Below are positions 16,801-26,023 of a stretch of 30,653 nucleotides of DNA, one piece after another; positions within the stretch are counted from its first letter, which is position 1; each line of letters starts with the position of its first letter. The stretch covers positions 1 to 30,653 of the forward strand of contig JBGFRZ010000013.1 of NCBI GenBank assembly GCA_041694835.1, in the 5' to 3' direction. The stretch comes from Ignavibacteria bacterium (GTDB lineage: Bacteria; Elusimicrobiota; Endomicrobiia; PHAN01). Under the pieces are notes generated by a model. The model worked only from the letters and a program-made list of their open reading frames with translations. It ran no database searches and was not told the origin of the DNA. The position numbers and the translations under genes are program-made.

Positions 16801-17209
16801 ATCTTCGGATAGAAAAAAAAGCGTTTCCATTTTAACGGTGGCAGAGCCGTATCTGGATGGAATTAAGTCCCCCACATTGACACAGTCAATCGGTTTGCTG
16901 AGACGTTTTGTGTATCTTGAACTTCATAAATATCTCTTGTATGTAAAGTATTCATCCGTTTATTTGATAAATCTCGGAGATGAAAATAGATCGCTGAATT
17001 GCCTGAAAGCGGCGGAATCTAACGATACGAACAATAATATCTTCAATTCCGAAATATTCTGCTCGGTAGATAAAAAGGCGTTGAAAATGCCGGTGGGTTT
17101 TGAGAAAATGACTAAAAGCAACTCTTTGGAATATATCAAACTTTTGATTGAGAAATTATCCAAACCGTCGGGGTATTCGGTCAATAAAGTCGAAAAAAAA
17201 CTCTCGTAA
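13862..17209 (+). CDS. Large DHH-family phosphoesterase-like protein with an inserted helical/Ig-like region and repeated DHHA1-like C-terminal modules
   Basis: TTG start after ggag. IFIIHG...DLDTVSS (motif I-like), VYIPDFP (motif II-like), TDHHP at about aa 488, CGANIVY, QDLH, and DGGHSGAA at about aa 735. Confidence 0.62.
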   Translation: MRKKIFIIHGFGLKDGTGWEAGGDLDTVSSNVFYTVWAENEIAKQKGEPAIRGVDYDYDFVNYSEGLSHLVVHSGCDVYIPDFPIDALSPRLELLYLPDPDVAQRINEFNKKLFDLKIWIAQNSAHIGDYFKKIFNSAYKQKTKVIEHPDVFSLKASICILTIIRSCAELSLIMKKGGFTSIETYLKSIAENITGNQLKEAKNYIVELMGGYLKEEQMDMLDDEEAILKIEESNDKDFSAKGRINYTDDILIIASESMAYAVRNYIASKSLAFNKQNSEKLAATSLEIAATMSALFKNISRASLEFLSSDATASVKEVASLAEAVKNASENIAEMANEIKSTPVPPEGIKQKLTVILMEQSSGKTISGIKITFQKILGNGFFEDDKGNKITTPAITVETDKDGVAFIHYLKTTSNEQFQISATYDDVKYLMLPEEIVSAADSSFVEEILEEEDEDSQIDRAMGVSLKILEKELRELARNDVNIASLTDHHPYTQVVYELLSRLHDEGVIKEFNIQASARGDELPIEKQVCGANIVYGPRIAGKEWENEGLKELNNLARLQDLHIQKIPLAISLSKLIGSKHSKVDMVQKLSKITDKKSLDEIMTTTGWADIVADYEGRLSNVLPRSEETAALIKLKKRIHGIKKYIDELFKKLGKKDKNEIEILSCLSPFCDPRKNEPQINVASAIEHIINKKRKKADYFFYCYGANILTQRKMDNNDERINLSTLSQFIGTKADGGHSGAATCKPMSNPNFPKKRLSAVRDNNFLEYLYYLGDKMANYTGFNLDTIEILTFDDVSQQVMKNLEKTENLMAEVTIKSGWKRKKILIVKLPKFESITKDDIPSFFQIAGYLTNNYRFDYLFAIQGALGKIIMANINDIYSEIDLEKIAQAVGWKYDLGDRRFTIASPRRNKKIPKEMRFFKEDQFYQVCGFISRLIETTISSDEEKWKIHAILAPRLLKISKEIDEVSSKLKRSMYEANLISSDRKKSVSILTVAEPYLDGIKSPTLTQSIGLLRRFVYLELHKYLLYVKYSSVYLINLGDENRSLNCLKAAESNDTNNNIFNSEIFCSVDKKALKMPVGFEKMTKSNSLEYIKLLIEKLSKPSGYSVNKVEKKLS

Positions 17210-17248
17210 ATTTGCTATAATCAAAGGTAGTGCTCTGTATTTGGAAAA

Positions 17249-17322
17249 GGGCGTGTAGCTCAGTTGGTTAGAGTACCACGTTGACATCGTGGGGGTCACA
17301 GGTTCGACTCCTGTCACGCCCA
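17249..17322 (+). tRNA. tRNA-Val(GAC)
   Basis: Acceptor gggcgtg/cacgccc, D arm agctcagttggttagag, anticodon arm ccacg-ttGACat-cgtgg, T loop ttcgact; CCA not encoded. Confidence 0.96.
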
Positions 17323-17392
17323 AATTTAACGGGACAAAATGTTGGTTAGAGGAGTGGATGTGATTAGAACGAATATCTTATGCCTGTTGATA

Positions 17393-17538
17393 CTGGAACA
17401 AGTATATAATGCAAACCGTCTCCATTCGTCGTTAGGTTATACAACGCCGAACGAGTATGAAGCCAACTTATGAAAACAATTACAACGCCTCGTCAGCATA
17501 ATACTAAATCATCCGTCCAACTATAGGGTCACACCCCA
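17393..17538 (+). mobile_element. IS3-family remnant (transposase C-terminus plus probable right end)
   Basis: 17393-17473 translates LEQVYNANRLHSSLGYTTPNEYEANL*, the IS3 YNxxRxHSxLGYxTP motif. It is followed by ccgtccaactatagggtcacacccca ending in CA. Confidence 0.72.
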
Positions 17539-17690
17539 CAATGCTAAAAATCCACTACCTGTAAAATATCAAGGACTAACCTTAACAGAACATCAATCTT
17601 AACCTTTTCTCAAGAGTGGTTTTTATTTTCAGTTTGAAAATTTGATATAATTTTCCAAAAACAGTAAAAGGTGAATAATGGATTAAAATT

Positions 17691-19418
17691 ATGGAAAATC
17701 GAGAGTTGGAGACACTTCGGCATTCGACTGCGCACATTATGGCGGCGGCGGTTGTAGAGTTGTTTCCCGAGACAAAAGTCGCAATAGGCCCATCCATAGA
17801 AGACGGGTTTTACTACGACTTTGACAGGACGACAACTTTTACGCCCGAAGACCTTGAAAAAATCGAAGAAAAAATGCGACAGTTGATAGAAAAAAATGAT
17901 GACTTCGTAAAAACCGAAAAAAGTAAGACCGAGGCGATTGAGTATTTTAAGTTGCGTGATGAGAAGTATAAAATCGAACTTCTCAACGAAATTGATGATG
18001 GAAAAGTGACATTTTATCAAACGGGAAATTTTGTTGATTTGTGCCGCGGTCCGCATATCGGGAAAACGGGACAAATCAAACACTTCAAACTTTTATCAGT
18101 TGCCGGTGCATACTGGCGGGGCGACGCTAACAGAGAGCAACTTCAAAGGATTTACGGGACGGCGTTTTTCACAAAAAAGGAATTAGACGAACATCTGCAA
18201 AAAATTGAGGAGGCAAAAAAACGTGACCACAGAAAACTCGGCCGCGAGTTAGAACTTTTTAGTTTGCACGAAGAAGTCGGCGGGGGGCTCGTTCACTGGC
18301 ATCCCAAAGGCGCCCTGGTCAAAAACATCGTCGAAAATTTCTGGCAAGAACTTCATCTGAAAAACGGATACCAACTCGTCTCCACTCCCCACATAGCGTC
18401 GGAAGATATATACAAAATTTCGGGGCATCTCGAAAATTACTCCGAACTTATGTATGCTCCGATGGATATCGAGGGAAGACCTTACCGCATCAAACCGATG
18501 AACTGCCCGGGACATATAATGATTTACAAGACGAATCTCCATTCTTACAGAGAACTGCCTCTGAGATATGCTGAACTCGGGACAGTTTACCGTTTCGAAA
18601 AAGGCGGAGTTTTACATGGTTTGTTGAGGGTCAGAGGTTTTTCAATCGACGACGCACACATAATGGTTTCTCCTGAAGAAGTTGTCGATGAAGTGAACAG
18701 AGTTTTGAATATGGCTCTCGATTTTTTAAGGACATTTGGTTTCAGCGAGTTTGCTCTTTATCTCTCAACCCGCCCGCTCGATAAGTTTGTTGGTTCGTTG
18801 GAAAATTGGAACATGGCGGAAAACTCTCTAAAAAATGCTCTCGAAAAAATTGGGCTGAAGTATGAAATTGACGACGGCGGCGGCGCATTTTACGGACCCA
18901 AAATAGATATCAAAGTTAAAGATTGCCTTAACAGACCGTGGCAGTGTTCGACCATCCAATTTGATTTCAATCTTCCCGAAAGATTCGACATAACTTACAT
19001 CGACAGCGAGGGTAAAAAGGCAAGACCGTTGATGGTACATCGCGCTCTTATGGGTTCGGTGGAAAGATTCATCGGAGTTTTGATAGAACACTATGCGGGG
19101 AAATTTCCTTTGTGGCTTGCCCCCGTTCAGGCGATTGTAATGAACATTTCCGAAAAACAAGAGGACTACGTTAAAAAAGTGGCGGATATTCTCAAAGGCG
19201 AGGGTTTCCGTGTCGAAATTGATTTGAGGAACGAAAAAATAGGATACAAAATAAGAGAAGCGACCCTCCAGAAAATACCTTACATAATCCTGGTCGGGGA
19301 TAAGGAAAAGCAAACGGGCACAATTTCAGCAAGGACACAGAGCGGCGAGAACCTGGGAACTACAACCATCGGAAAATTCATATCAGAGGTATTAAACCCA
19401 CGGAAGAACTGGAAATAG
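17691..19418 (+). CDS. thrS: Threonine--tRNA ligase (short form without N-terminal TGS domain)
   Basis: LRHSTAHIMA, DLCRGPH, RDHRKLG, KPMNCPGH, GLLRVRGF, AFYGPKID, QCSTIQFDF, HRALMGSVERF. Confidence 0.98.
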   Translation: MENRELETLRHSTAHIMAAAVVELFPETKVAIGPSIEDGFYYDFDRTTTFTPEDLEKIEEKMRQLIEKNDDFVKTEKSKTEAIEYFKLRDEKYKIELLNEIDDGKVTFYQTGNFVDLCRGPHIGKTGQIKHFKLLSVAGAYWRGDANREQLQRIYGTAFFTKKELDEHLQKIEEAKKRDHRKLGRELELFSLHEEVGGGLVHWHPKGALVKNIVENFWQELHLKNGYQLVSTPHIASEDIYKISGHLENYSELMYAPMDIEGRPYRIKPMNCPGHIMIYKTNLHSYRELPLRYAELGTVYRFEKGGVLHGLLRVRGFSIDDAHIMVSPEEVVDEVNRVLNMALDFLRTFGFSEFALYLSTRPLDKFVGSLENWNMAENSLKNALEKIGLKYEIDDGGGAFYGPKIDIKVKDCLNRPWQCSTIQFDFNLPERFDITYIDSEGKKARPLMVHRALMGSVERFIGVLIEHYAGKFPLWLAPVQAIVMNISEKQEDYVKKVADILKGEGFRVEIDLRNEKIGYKIREATLQKIPYIILVGDKEKQTGTISARTQSGENLGTTTIGKFISEVLNPRKNWK

Positions 19419-21400
19419 TGGAAGAGAAAAATAAAAATTCAAGACATTATCTTTGCGAAATTCTCCCCAAACACATGGAATCATACGAACAGAGAAATGA
19501 GCAGCTTTTGATGGCGCAAAAGATAGAGGATGTCCTCTCAAAATCGGGGCATCTTTTGATCGAGGCGGGCACCGGCACGGGGAAAAGCATGGCATATCTA
19601 ATTCCGACGATATTGCACGGCGCACGAAATAAAAAGAGAGTCATTATATCGACATATACGAAAATACTACAGTCGCAGCTTGTCGAAAAAGACATACCGT
19701 TCGTAAAACAAATGTTGCAAAAAGATAACATTAAATTTGAGTATGCCGTTTTTTTCGGAGGGGAAAACTATCTGTGCATGAGAAAGTGCGATAGGTACAT
19801 TTCTAATTTATTAATTCAAAGTCCTATTGTAGAAAAATTTATTAAATGGGCGAATAAAACCCCAACAGGTGTTTTGAACGAATTTGAGTTTGATGAAGAG
19901 TGGCATTTGAGAGCGGAAGTATCAAGAGAGTTCGATATTTGTCTTGGAAAAAAATGCGCTTTTCGCGGCAGATGTTTCTGGGAAAAGGCGCTAAAAAAAG
20001 CGTTCTCGTCGGATGTTTTAGTCATCAATCATCATCTTTTTTTTGCGAACATTTCGTCTGGCGGAAAAATACTTCCCAATTTCGATATTGCTGTCTGCGA
20101 CGAAGCACACAACCTTGAAGAGGTCGCGATGGAACTTCTGGGTCTTCAAATATCGAACTTCCAGATAAAGAAACTCCTCGACGATATATACAGTCCAAAA
20201 TACAAAAGAGGACTTCTCTACAAAGTAAAAAAAACACCGAAGCACTTGAAAAACGATGTCTTGGAGAATGTGCATATTTTGAAAGCGTCATCAGATGAAT
20301 TTTTTGCCGAGCTGTCAGCTGGAATGAAAGACGGAAAAGATACGATGAGATTCAGAACGCCGCCTTCTTTAAACAAAAACATCATTAATGACTTAAAGGC
20401 GCTATCCGTATCCATAAGCCGTCTCATTGATTCAGCCTCATCCGACGAGGAAATGGCGGAGATAAAGTCTAAAGCGCAGCGGGCATCGGTGTTTTCGGCA
20501 TCCGTTGACTCATGGCTGAACCACAAAACCGACGACAGTGTCTACTGGCTTGAGAAGGATATCCTCAAAAGGGGGCATAGGTTTACGCTTTGCATAACGC
20601 CGATAGATGTCTCTGGTATAATTTCAAAAAAATTCTTCGATGTGGTCGACACAGCCATTCTCACTTCCGCCACCATGTCGGTCGACAAAAATTTCAATTA
20701 CATAGAAAAGTCGCTCGGTGTAAGGGATGCTGAGCATATCATCCTTGAAAGTTCTTTTGATTACAAAAAAAATGTTATATTATATGCGCCCGTCGACATA
20801 CCCGATCCCAAAATGGAGACAGAATTATTCAGTTTCCGGGTAAAACAGGAGATAGAAACTATCATAGGTCTTACATCTGGTCGGGCTTTTGTTCTTTTTA
20901 CGAGTTACAAGATGCTCAATTTCGTTCATTTGGAACTTGAGTATCTCAAGGCTCATAACTTCTTTAAGCAGGGGGCATATTCTCAATATCACATAATAGA
21001 AAAATTCAAAACATCTGAAAACGCCGTTCTTTTCGGCACCGACTCTTTCTGGCAGGGTGTTGACATTCCGGGAGATGCCCTTATCTGCGTCATAATAACG
21101 CGCCTGCCCTTCGGCGTGCCGGATCATCCCGTCGTAGAGGCGAAGATAGAAAAAATTGTTGCCGACGGGAAAGATGCTTTCTCGGAATACACGCTTCCAA
21201 GAGCGATTTTGAAATTCCGACAGGGATGCGGGCGTCTTATGCGGTCTCAAAGTGACTGGGGAGTAATTGCGGTGTTGGACTCAAGAATTCATTCAAGGTA
21301 TTACGGCAAATATTTTCTTAACTCCGTGCCGCCCACGACAGTCACGGGGGATTTAGAAGCAGTCAAACAATTTATTGCAAAAAGGAGCGGCGCGGTATGA
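19418..21400 (+). CDS. DinG/YoaA-family ATP-dependent helicase
   Basis: Walker A EAGTGTGKS, Cys cluster (NYLC...C...C...C), NHHLFF, DEAH, TSAT, FWQGVDIPG, QGCGRLMR. Confidence 0.93.
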   Translation: MEEKNKNSRHYLCEILPKHMESYEQRNEQLLMAQKIEDVLSKSGHLLIEAGTGTGKSMAYLIPTILHGARNKKRVIISTYTKILQSQLVEKDIPFVKQMLQKDNIKFEYAVFFGGENYLCMRKCDRYISNLLIQSPIVEKFIKWANKTPTGVLNEFEFDEEWHLRAEVSREFDICLGKKCAFRGRCFWEKALKKAFSSDVLVINHHLFFANISSGGKILPNFDIAVCDEAHNLEEVAMELLGLQISNFQIKKLLDDIYSPKYKRGLLYKVKKTPKHLKNDVLENVHILKASSDEFFAELSAGMKDGKDTMRFRTPPSLNKNIINDLKALSVSISRLIDSASSDEEMAEIKSKAQRASVFSASVDSWLNHKTDDSVYWLEKDILKRGHRFTLCITPIDVSGIISKKFFDVVDTAILTSATMSVDKNFNYIEKSLGVRDAEHIILESSFDYKKNVILYAPVDIPDPKMETELFSFRVKQEIETIIGLTSGRAFVLFTSYKMLNFVHLELEYLKAHNFFKQGAYSQYHIIEKFKTSENAVLFGTDSFWQGVDIPGDALICVIITRLPFGVPDHPVVEAKIEKIVADGKDAFSEYTLPRAILKFRQGCGRLMRSQSDWGVIAVLDSRIHSRYYGKYFLNSVPPTTVTGDLEAVKQFIAKRSGAV

Positions 21401-22419
21401 TTTCAGCATCTTTTACTATTTTATTTAAATTTGCGATATGTGCGGCGATTATCTTTTATGCCGGCCGAAGGGTCGCCAAATATGGTGATATAATCGCAGA
21501 GAAAACCGGGCTCGGCGGATTATGGATAGGGTTTGTGCTAATTTCAATTACTACAAGTATTCCCGAGATTTTTACCGGCGTTGGAAGTTCGTTGTTTATC
21601 GGAAAACCCGACATCAGCATGGGAAATGTCTTCGGAGCAAACTCTTACAATTTGTTAAATGTAATACTTCTTGACGCTCTTAACAAAAATACGCCGCTCC
21701 TTAGCATTGTTTCAAAAGGTCAACTTATAATAGCGGTTTTAAGTATTCTGCCATTGAGCTTGGCGATTGCCGGTGTATTTTTTGCGTCGCACGGAGTTAC
21801 TTTTTCCATTATGAATGTTTCCGTGTGGAGCATATTGATTTTCTGTAGTTATTTAATGTGCGCCAAATTAATTTTTGATTATGAAACCGTCAATAAAACT
21901 TCAGATAAAAATGAAGAGGACACATCAAAATATCAAGACAGCGATTCAATGGGAAAAACTTTGTTGAATTTTATATTCTTCGCCGCTGTCATCGCTGCGG
22001 CAGGCATATGGCTTTCTTATATCGCCGATGAAATCTCGGCGGTTTACGGATTTAATCTTAGTTTTGTAGGGGGGCTCTTTCTGGGATTTGCCACGACATT
22101 GCCAGAGATTAGCGTTTCGATTGCCGCATTGAGGCTTGGTGCAAAAGAAATGGCGGTGGCGAATATGCTCGGTTCCAATTTATTTAATCTCAACATCATA
22201 TTCCTCAATGATATACTCTACAGAAAGGGAGACATTTTCACCATAATTTCCCCAAATGCTCAAGCGAGCGCCTTAACAGTTTTGATATTGACGAGCATTA
22301 TCGTTATATCTATAGTTTTCAAGCCGCAAAAAAAGTTAAACAAACTCTTAAGCATTTACTCAATACCGGTAATTGTCGTTTTCCTAATCGGCGCCTGGCT
22401 CAATTTCATTCTGAAATAG
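21397..22419 (+). CDS. Sodium:calcium (cation) antiporter, YrbG/CaCA family
   Basis: Alpha repeats TTSIPE...GNVFGAN and ATTLPE...ANMLGSN; about 10 hydrophobic segments. Confidence 0.92.
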   Translation: MISASFTILFKFAICAAIIFYAGRRVAKYGDIIAEKTGLGGLWIGFVLISITTSIPEIFTGVGSSLFIGKPDISMGNVFGANSYNLLNVILLDALNKNTPLLSIVSKGQLIIAVLSILPLSLAIAGVFFASHGVTFSIMNVSVWSILIFCSYLMCAKLIFDYETVNKTSDKNEEDTSKYQDSDSMGKTLLNFIFFAAVIAAAGIWLSYIADEISAVYGFNLSFVGGLFLGFATTLPEISVSIAALRLGAKEMAVANMLGSNLFNLNIIFLNDILYRKGDIFTIISPNAQASALTVLILTSIIVISIVFKPQKKLNKLLSIYSIPVIVVFLIGAWLNFILK

Positions 22420-22513
22420 ACATTTTTTGTATAATGAGACCGTTAATTCCGCTTTGGCGGGACTAAAATCTTACCAACAAGAATAAGGAAATTAGCGAAT
22501 TGGTTGTAACAAA

Positions 22514-22837
22514 GACGAGAGGAGAGAGGCGTGAGATGAGAGCACAAGAGCACAACGGCAGAAGTCAGAGGACAGAGGACAGAGAACAGAGGTCAGGGTT
22601 CAGAGGACAGAGGACAGAGAACAGAAAACGGGAAGCGGGAATAGAAGAACGCAAAGCGGAAAGCGTAAAGGGTGAAGGGTTTAAAACTCTTCCCGCTTCC
22701 CGCTTCCCGATTTACGCTTTCCGCTTTACGGCATTTTATTCTCTCATCTCTCATCTCTATCCTCTACTCACTATTTGTTATTCGCTGTCCTCCATTCTCT
22801 ATACGCTATTCTCTCACTTCTCACCTCTAATCTCTAG
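22514..22837 (+). repeat. Large gene-less heptamer repeat cassette, purine-rich half then pyrimidine-rich half, with exact inverted pairs
   Basis: cgggaagcgggaa (22629-22641) / ttcccgcttcccg (22690-22702); aaagcggaaagcgtaaa (22653-22669) / tttacgctttccgcttt (22711-22727); ACAGAGG and CTCTCAT arrays. Confidence 0.88.
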
Positions 22838-22890
22838 TTCACTCTTTTGTGTTAATTTGAGGCAAAAATTAAATTGAAGGGAGAAACACT

Positions 22891-24090
22891 ATGAAAATCG
22901 TAGTTGCTTATTCAGGTGGTCTTGATACTTCCGTAATTTTACGGTGGCTAAAAGAAAAATATAGAGCAAAAGTCGTCGCTGTTGCAGTTGATGTGGGACA
23001 GGGCGAAGAATTAAGGCCGCTCAAATCAAGAGCGCTTAAAACAGGAGCATCCAAGGCGTATATTGTAGATGCAAAAAATGAATTTGCAACCGATTATATC
23101 TTTGCAGCGCTAAAAGCGGGAGCAATTTACGAGGGAAAATATCTGCTCGCGACGGCTCTTGCGCGACCCTTGATTGCCAAAAAAGTGGTTGAGATTGCGA
23201 AGAAAGAAAGTGCCGATGCGGTTGCTCACGGCGCAACGGGAAAAGGAAACGACCAGGTTCGTTTTGAACTGACTTTTAAAGCGCTCGCTCCGTCGCTAAA
23301 AATAATCGCTCCCTGGCGAGAGTGGGAATTAAAAAGCCGCGAGGATGAAATCGCCTATGCAAAAAAACATAAAATTCCAATAACGGTCACAAAAACAAAA
23401 CCCTACTCTTCCGACGCAAACTTGTGGCACATTTCCTATGAGGGCGGAATTCTGGAGGACCCCGCAATCGAGCCGAAAGAAGATATGTTTCAAATGACGG
23501 CATCGCCTGAAAAAGCACCTAACAAACCGCGTTATATTGAGGTCGGATTTGAAAAAGGTGAACCCGTAAGCATTGACGGAAAAAAATACGAGCCGGTCGC
23601 ACTAATAAACATTTTGAACAAAATTGCCGGCGCCAACGGCGTCGGAAGAACGGACATGGTGGAGAATCGACTCGTTGGAATAAAATCCCGCGGCGTCTAT
23701 GAAAATCCTGCCGCGACAGTTCTATACGTAGCGCATCGCGAATTGGAATATCTAACGCTTGACAGAGAAACATTGCATTACAAAGACATCGTCTCCCTGA
23801 AATACTCCGAAATGATTTATTACGGTCAGTGGTTTACGCCGCTAAAATCCGCCGTAGATGCATTTATAAATGAGACGCAGAAAGTTGTAAGCGGAACAGT
23901 AAAACTAAAATTGTATAAGGGAAATGTCATTATTGCAGGTAGAAAATCGCCCAACTCTCTCTACTGGCAGAAACTCGCGACTTTTGAGAAAGAAGAGATT
24001 TACAACCAAAAAGATGCCGAAGGTTTCATAAACCTCTTCGGGCTTCCACTGAAAGTTCAAGCGATTTTGAGAAGTAAAAATAATTATTGA
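22891..24090 (+). CDS. argG: Argininosuccinate synthase
   Basis: [54 protein letters not shown]. Confidence 0.98.
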   Translation: MKIVVAYSGGLDTSVILRWLKEKYRAKVVAVAVDVGQGEELRPLKSRALKTGASKAYIVDAKNEFATDYIFAALKAGAIYEGKYLLATALARPLIAKKVVEIAKKESADAVAHGATGKGNDQVRFELTFKALAPSLKIIAPWREWELKSREDEIAYAKKHKIPITVTKTKPYSSDANLWHISYEGGILEDPAIEPKEDMFQMTASPEKAPNKPRYIEVGFEKGEPVSIDGKKYEPVALINILNKIAGANGVGRTDMVENRLVGIKSRGVYENPAATVLYVAHRELEYLTLDRETLHYKDIVSLKYSEMIYYGQWFTPLKSAVDAFINETQKVVSGTVKLKLYKGNVIIAGRKSPNSLYWQKLATFEKEEIYNQKDAEGFINLFGLPLKVQAILRSKNNY

Positions 24091-24111
24091 TAATTCCATC
24101 AAATTGAGATA

Positions 24112-24309
24112 GTGCCAGAAAGATATATTATTACCAGAGACGGAAAACCTTCCGCGGCGCTCCCGGGTTATGAAGAATTTAAAAATCTTATGGCGACATT
24201 GGAAGTTGTTCTTGATACTGAAATGTCGGAAGGAATAAAAGAAGGGCTTCGTGATAAAAAAGCGGGCAGGATTAAATCGTTTGAAGAAATATTCGGGGAA
24301 CCGCTTTAA
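24112..24309 (+). pseudogene. Phd/YefM-family antitoxin, apparently 5'-truncated
   Basis: ERYIITRDGKPSAAL...ATLEVVLD is the Phd core. An in-frame stop at 24091 leaves no room for the usual N-terminal segment. TAATG overlap with the toxin remnant. Confidence 0.65.
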
Positions 24310-24564
24310 TGTTGAAAGTTTTTCCTGCCCACCAGTCCGAAAAAGACATTAAACATTTTCATCAAAGAGAACGAGGAAAAATAAAAAACGCGCTGCGCAT
24401 ACTTTCAGAAGAACCTCTAAAGGGAGGGCGAGGCGCTGCCTGGAAAATATAAAGGACTTCGTAGATACAGAATAGGCAACTTTCGTATAGTTTATGAAGT
24501 GTGCACAAAGACAAAAAGCATCACCGTAATAAAAATTAGACACAGAAAAAAGGTTTACAGGTAA
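24309..24564 (+). pseudogene. relE: RelE/ParE-family toxin, frameshifted
   Basis: One frame reads MLKVFPAHQSEKDIK...LSEEPLK and a second reads GEALPGKYKGLRRYRIGNFRIVYEV...VIKIRHRKKVYR*. Removing one copy of AGGG at 24421-24428 joins them. Confidence 0.85.
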
Positions 24565-24641
24565 CAAGGTGCCCCAACTATATCGTCATTACTATCCTGT
24601 TTGCCAAGAATTTTCCAATCTTGACTTGGACGGATGTTTTT

Positions 24642-24872
24642 TCAATGACTGTGATGCAGAGTGTATCGGTCGAGCAATCTCCGTATCATTTTCTGATACT
24701 TGGTGCGTCTGTGTTTCGCCTCGCTCTTAAAGAAATTAACACTTTTCCTGCTTAACTCGATTGTGATTTTTACCTTCTCTTCCGACATAGCCAGTTCTTC
24801 AGGCGACGGCAAAAAATCCTTTATTCTTTTCAATCTACCAACAGGCATGTTCTCATCAATTTTTTTCTTCAT
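24642..24872 (-). CDS. BrnA/CopG-like antitoxin
   Basis: DFLPSPEEL...KITIELSRKSVNFFK...YQKMIRRLLD; overlaps the 3' end of brnT. Confidence 0.8.
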   Translation of the reverse strand: MKKKIDENMPVGRLKRIKDFLPSPEELAMSEEKVKITIELSRKSVNFFKSEAKHRRTKYQKMIRRLLDRYTLHHSH

Positions 24873-25140
24873 AATATTTTATCCTCTTACGACAGTGTCC
24901 GGCGCCAAAAATTCTAATTATATCACCTCTGTACGCAAATCGTACGGTTAAAATTTTCCCGGCCACCTTGCCTATACAAAACAGACGCTCTTCATCTTTA
25001 TTGTGCTTTGAATCAATGAATATCTTTCTCTTCGGATCTTTGAAAACCTCGGCTGCGGTATAGAAATCAACCTTATGTTTCCTAATGTTCGCCAATTCCT
25101 TATTTCTATCCCAGATGAAGTCGCCTGATTTTATATCCAT
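24856..25140 (-). CDS. brnT: BrnT-family toxin (DUF497)
   Basis: FIWDRNKELANIRKHKVDF...VFKDP...HNKDEERLFCIG...ILTVRF..R...IRIFGA. Confidence 0.88.
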   Translation of the reverse strand: MDIKSGDFIWDRNKELANIRKHKVDFYTAAEVFKDPKRKIFIDSKHNKDEERLFCIGKVAGKILTVRFAYRGDIIRIFGAGHCRKRIKYYEEKN

Positions 25141-25157
25141 ATCGTATTGACAATATT

Positions 25158-25186
25158 ATTATACATATTTTTGTATGGTATGTCAA
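25158..25186 (-). promoter_or_regulatory. Consensus sigma70 promoter of brnT-brnA
   Basis: Minus strand TTGACA (25186-25181), N17, TATAAT (25163-25158); small palindrome tattg-a-caata at 25145-25155. Confidence 0.85.
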
Positions 25187-25220
25187 GTCCTGCGACGAGG
25201 CGGTAGCAACTGACGGGAGC

Positions 25221-25752
25221 GTGGCAATCCAACACAACCCTGTATTCCTTTTCCGCGTCAAGCGCGGGACAAGCTTTGATAGAGGGGAATAAGAGATTGC
25301 TTCGCTTCCGGCTCACAATAACATTGCCGATAAATCGGCAACTACATTGCGAATTTACATCCCCGCTATATCGCCCCGATTTTACATCGGGGCAACTATC
25401 CCGCCAAGGCGGGATCAGATAGCTTCGTAACTATCCGTGAATTTCGGTTTTTTTATATCTTTTCTTGTCATATTCCTGGGGTCCCGACGCATAAGTAATA
25501 ACGCATTTTGGTTTGTCGGATTGTATCTTCCTACAATTGGCACCATAAGATGGCGCTGCTACATTGCACTGATACGACCAAAAAATCGCCCCCTGTCAAA
25601 ATATCAAATATTTCTGCGACAGAGCAATATTTCGAGCCGACTGTAAATTTCTTCTACCCCGGATGAGATTTTTTCTAGGGAAATTAGTGAGTAAAGCGAA
25701 CGATGTAGCCCCCGAATTCATTCGGGGCTGAGTCCCGCAACGCAGCGCGGGA
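25221..25752. repeat. Cluster of REP-like GC-rich hairpins
   Basis: ccgcg-tcaag-cgcgg; ttgccga-taaa-tcggcaa-CTAC; gccccgat-tttac-atcggggc; atcccgcc-aa-ggcgggat; GTAG-c-ccccgaa-ttca-ttcgggg; tcccgc...gcggga. Confidence 0.65.
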
Positions 25753-26023
25753 TAAACTCCGCGAATAGGTTTTTCTATTTTTATCGTCAGAACTTTGTCT
25801 TTGAGCATCAGGTTCGAGCCAAGTGCGCCTTCGGACATTTTGTTTTTTTTGTTGAAAAAATGTATAATCTTACTATAAAAAACGTCTGATAAATGTCTGA
25901 CATGAGAACGAAAACGTTCTTGTTTTTTGTGTTGTCAGCAGTTGTCAGGAATTTCCACAAAGAAAATTATTTTACATTATTTCCCTACGGAAACTCGGTT
26001 CTGATAGATTTTCAGACGCAAAT

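Noticed and set aside
17540-17690. T-box riboswitch upstream of thrS
   Set aside because: No T-box consensus (TGGNACCGCG) or terminator/antiterminator is visible, and the leader is short and AT-rich.
22500-22877. 125-aa ORF before argG
   Set aside because: It is made entirely of heptamer-repeat translations, has a TTG start and shows no recognisable domain.
24349-24567. 72-aa minus-strand ORF
   Set aside because: It is antisense to the frameshifted RelE-like toxin.
25131-25838. Short ORFs 25131-25316, 25437-25646 and 25596-25838
   Set aside because: They overlap REP-like hairpins and a promoter, and no family motif (including RAYT motifs) could be recognised.
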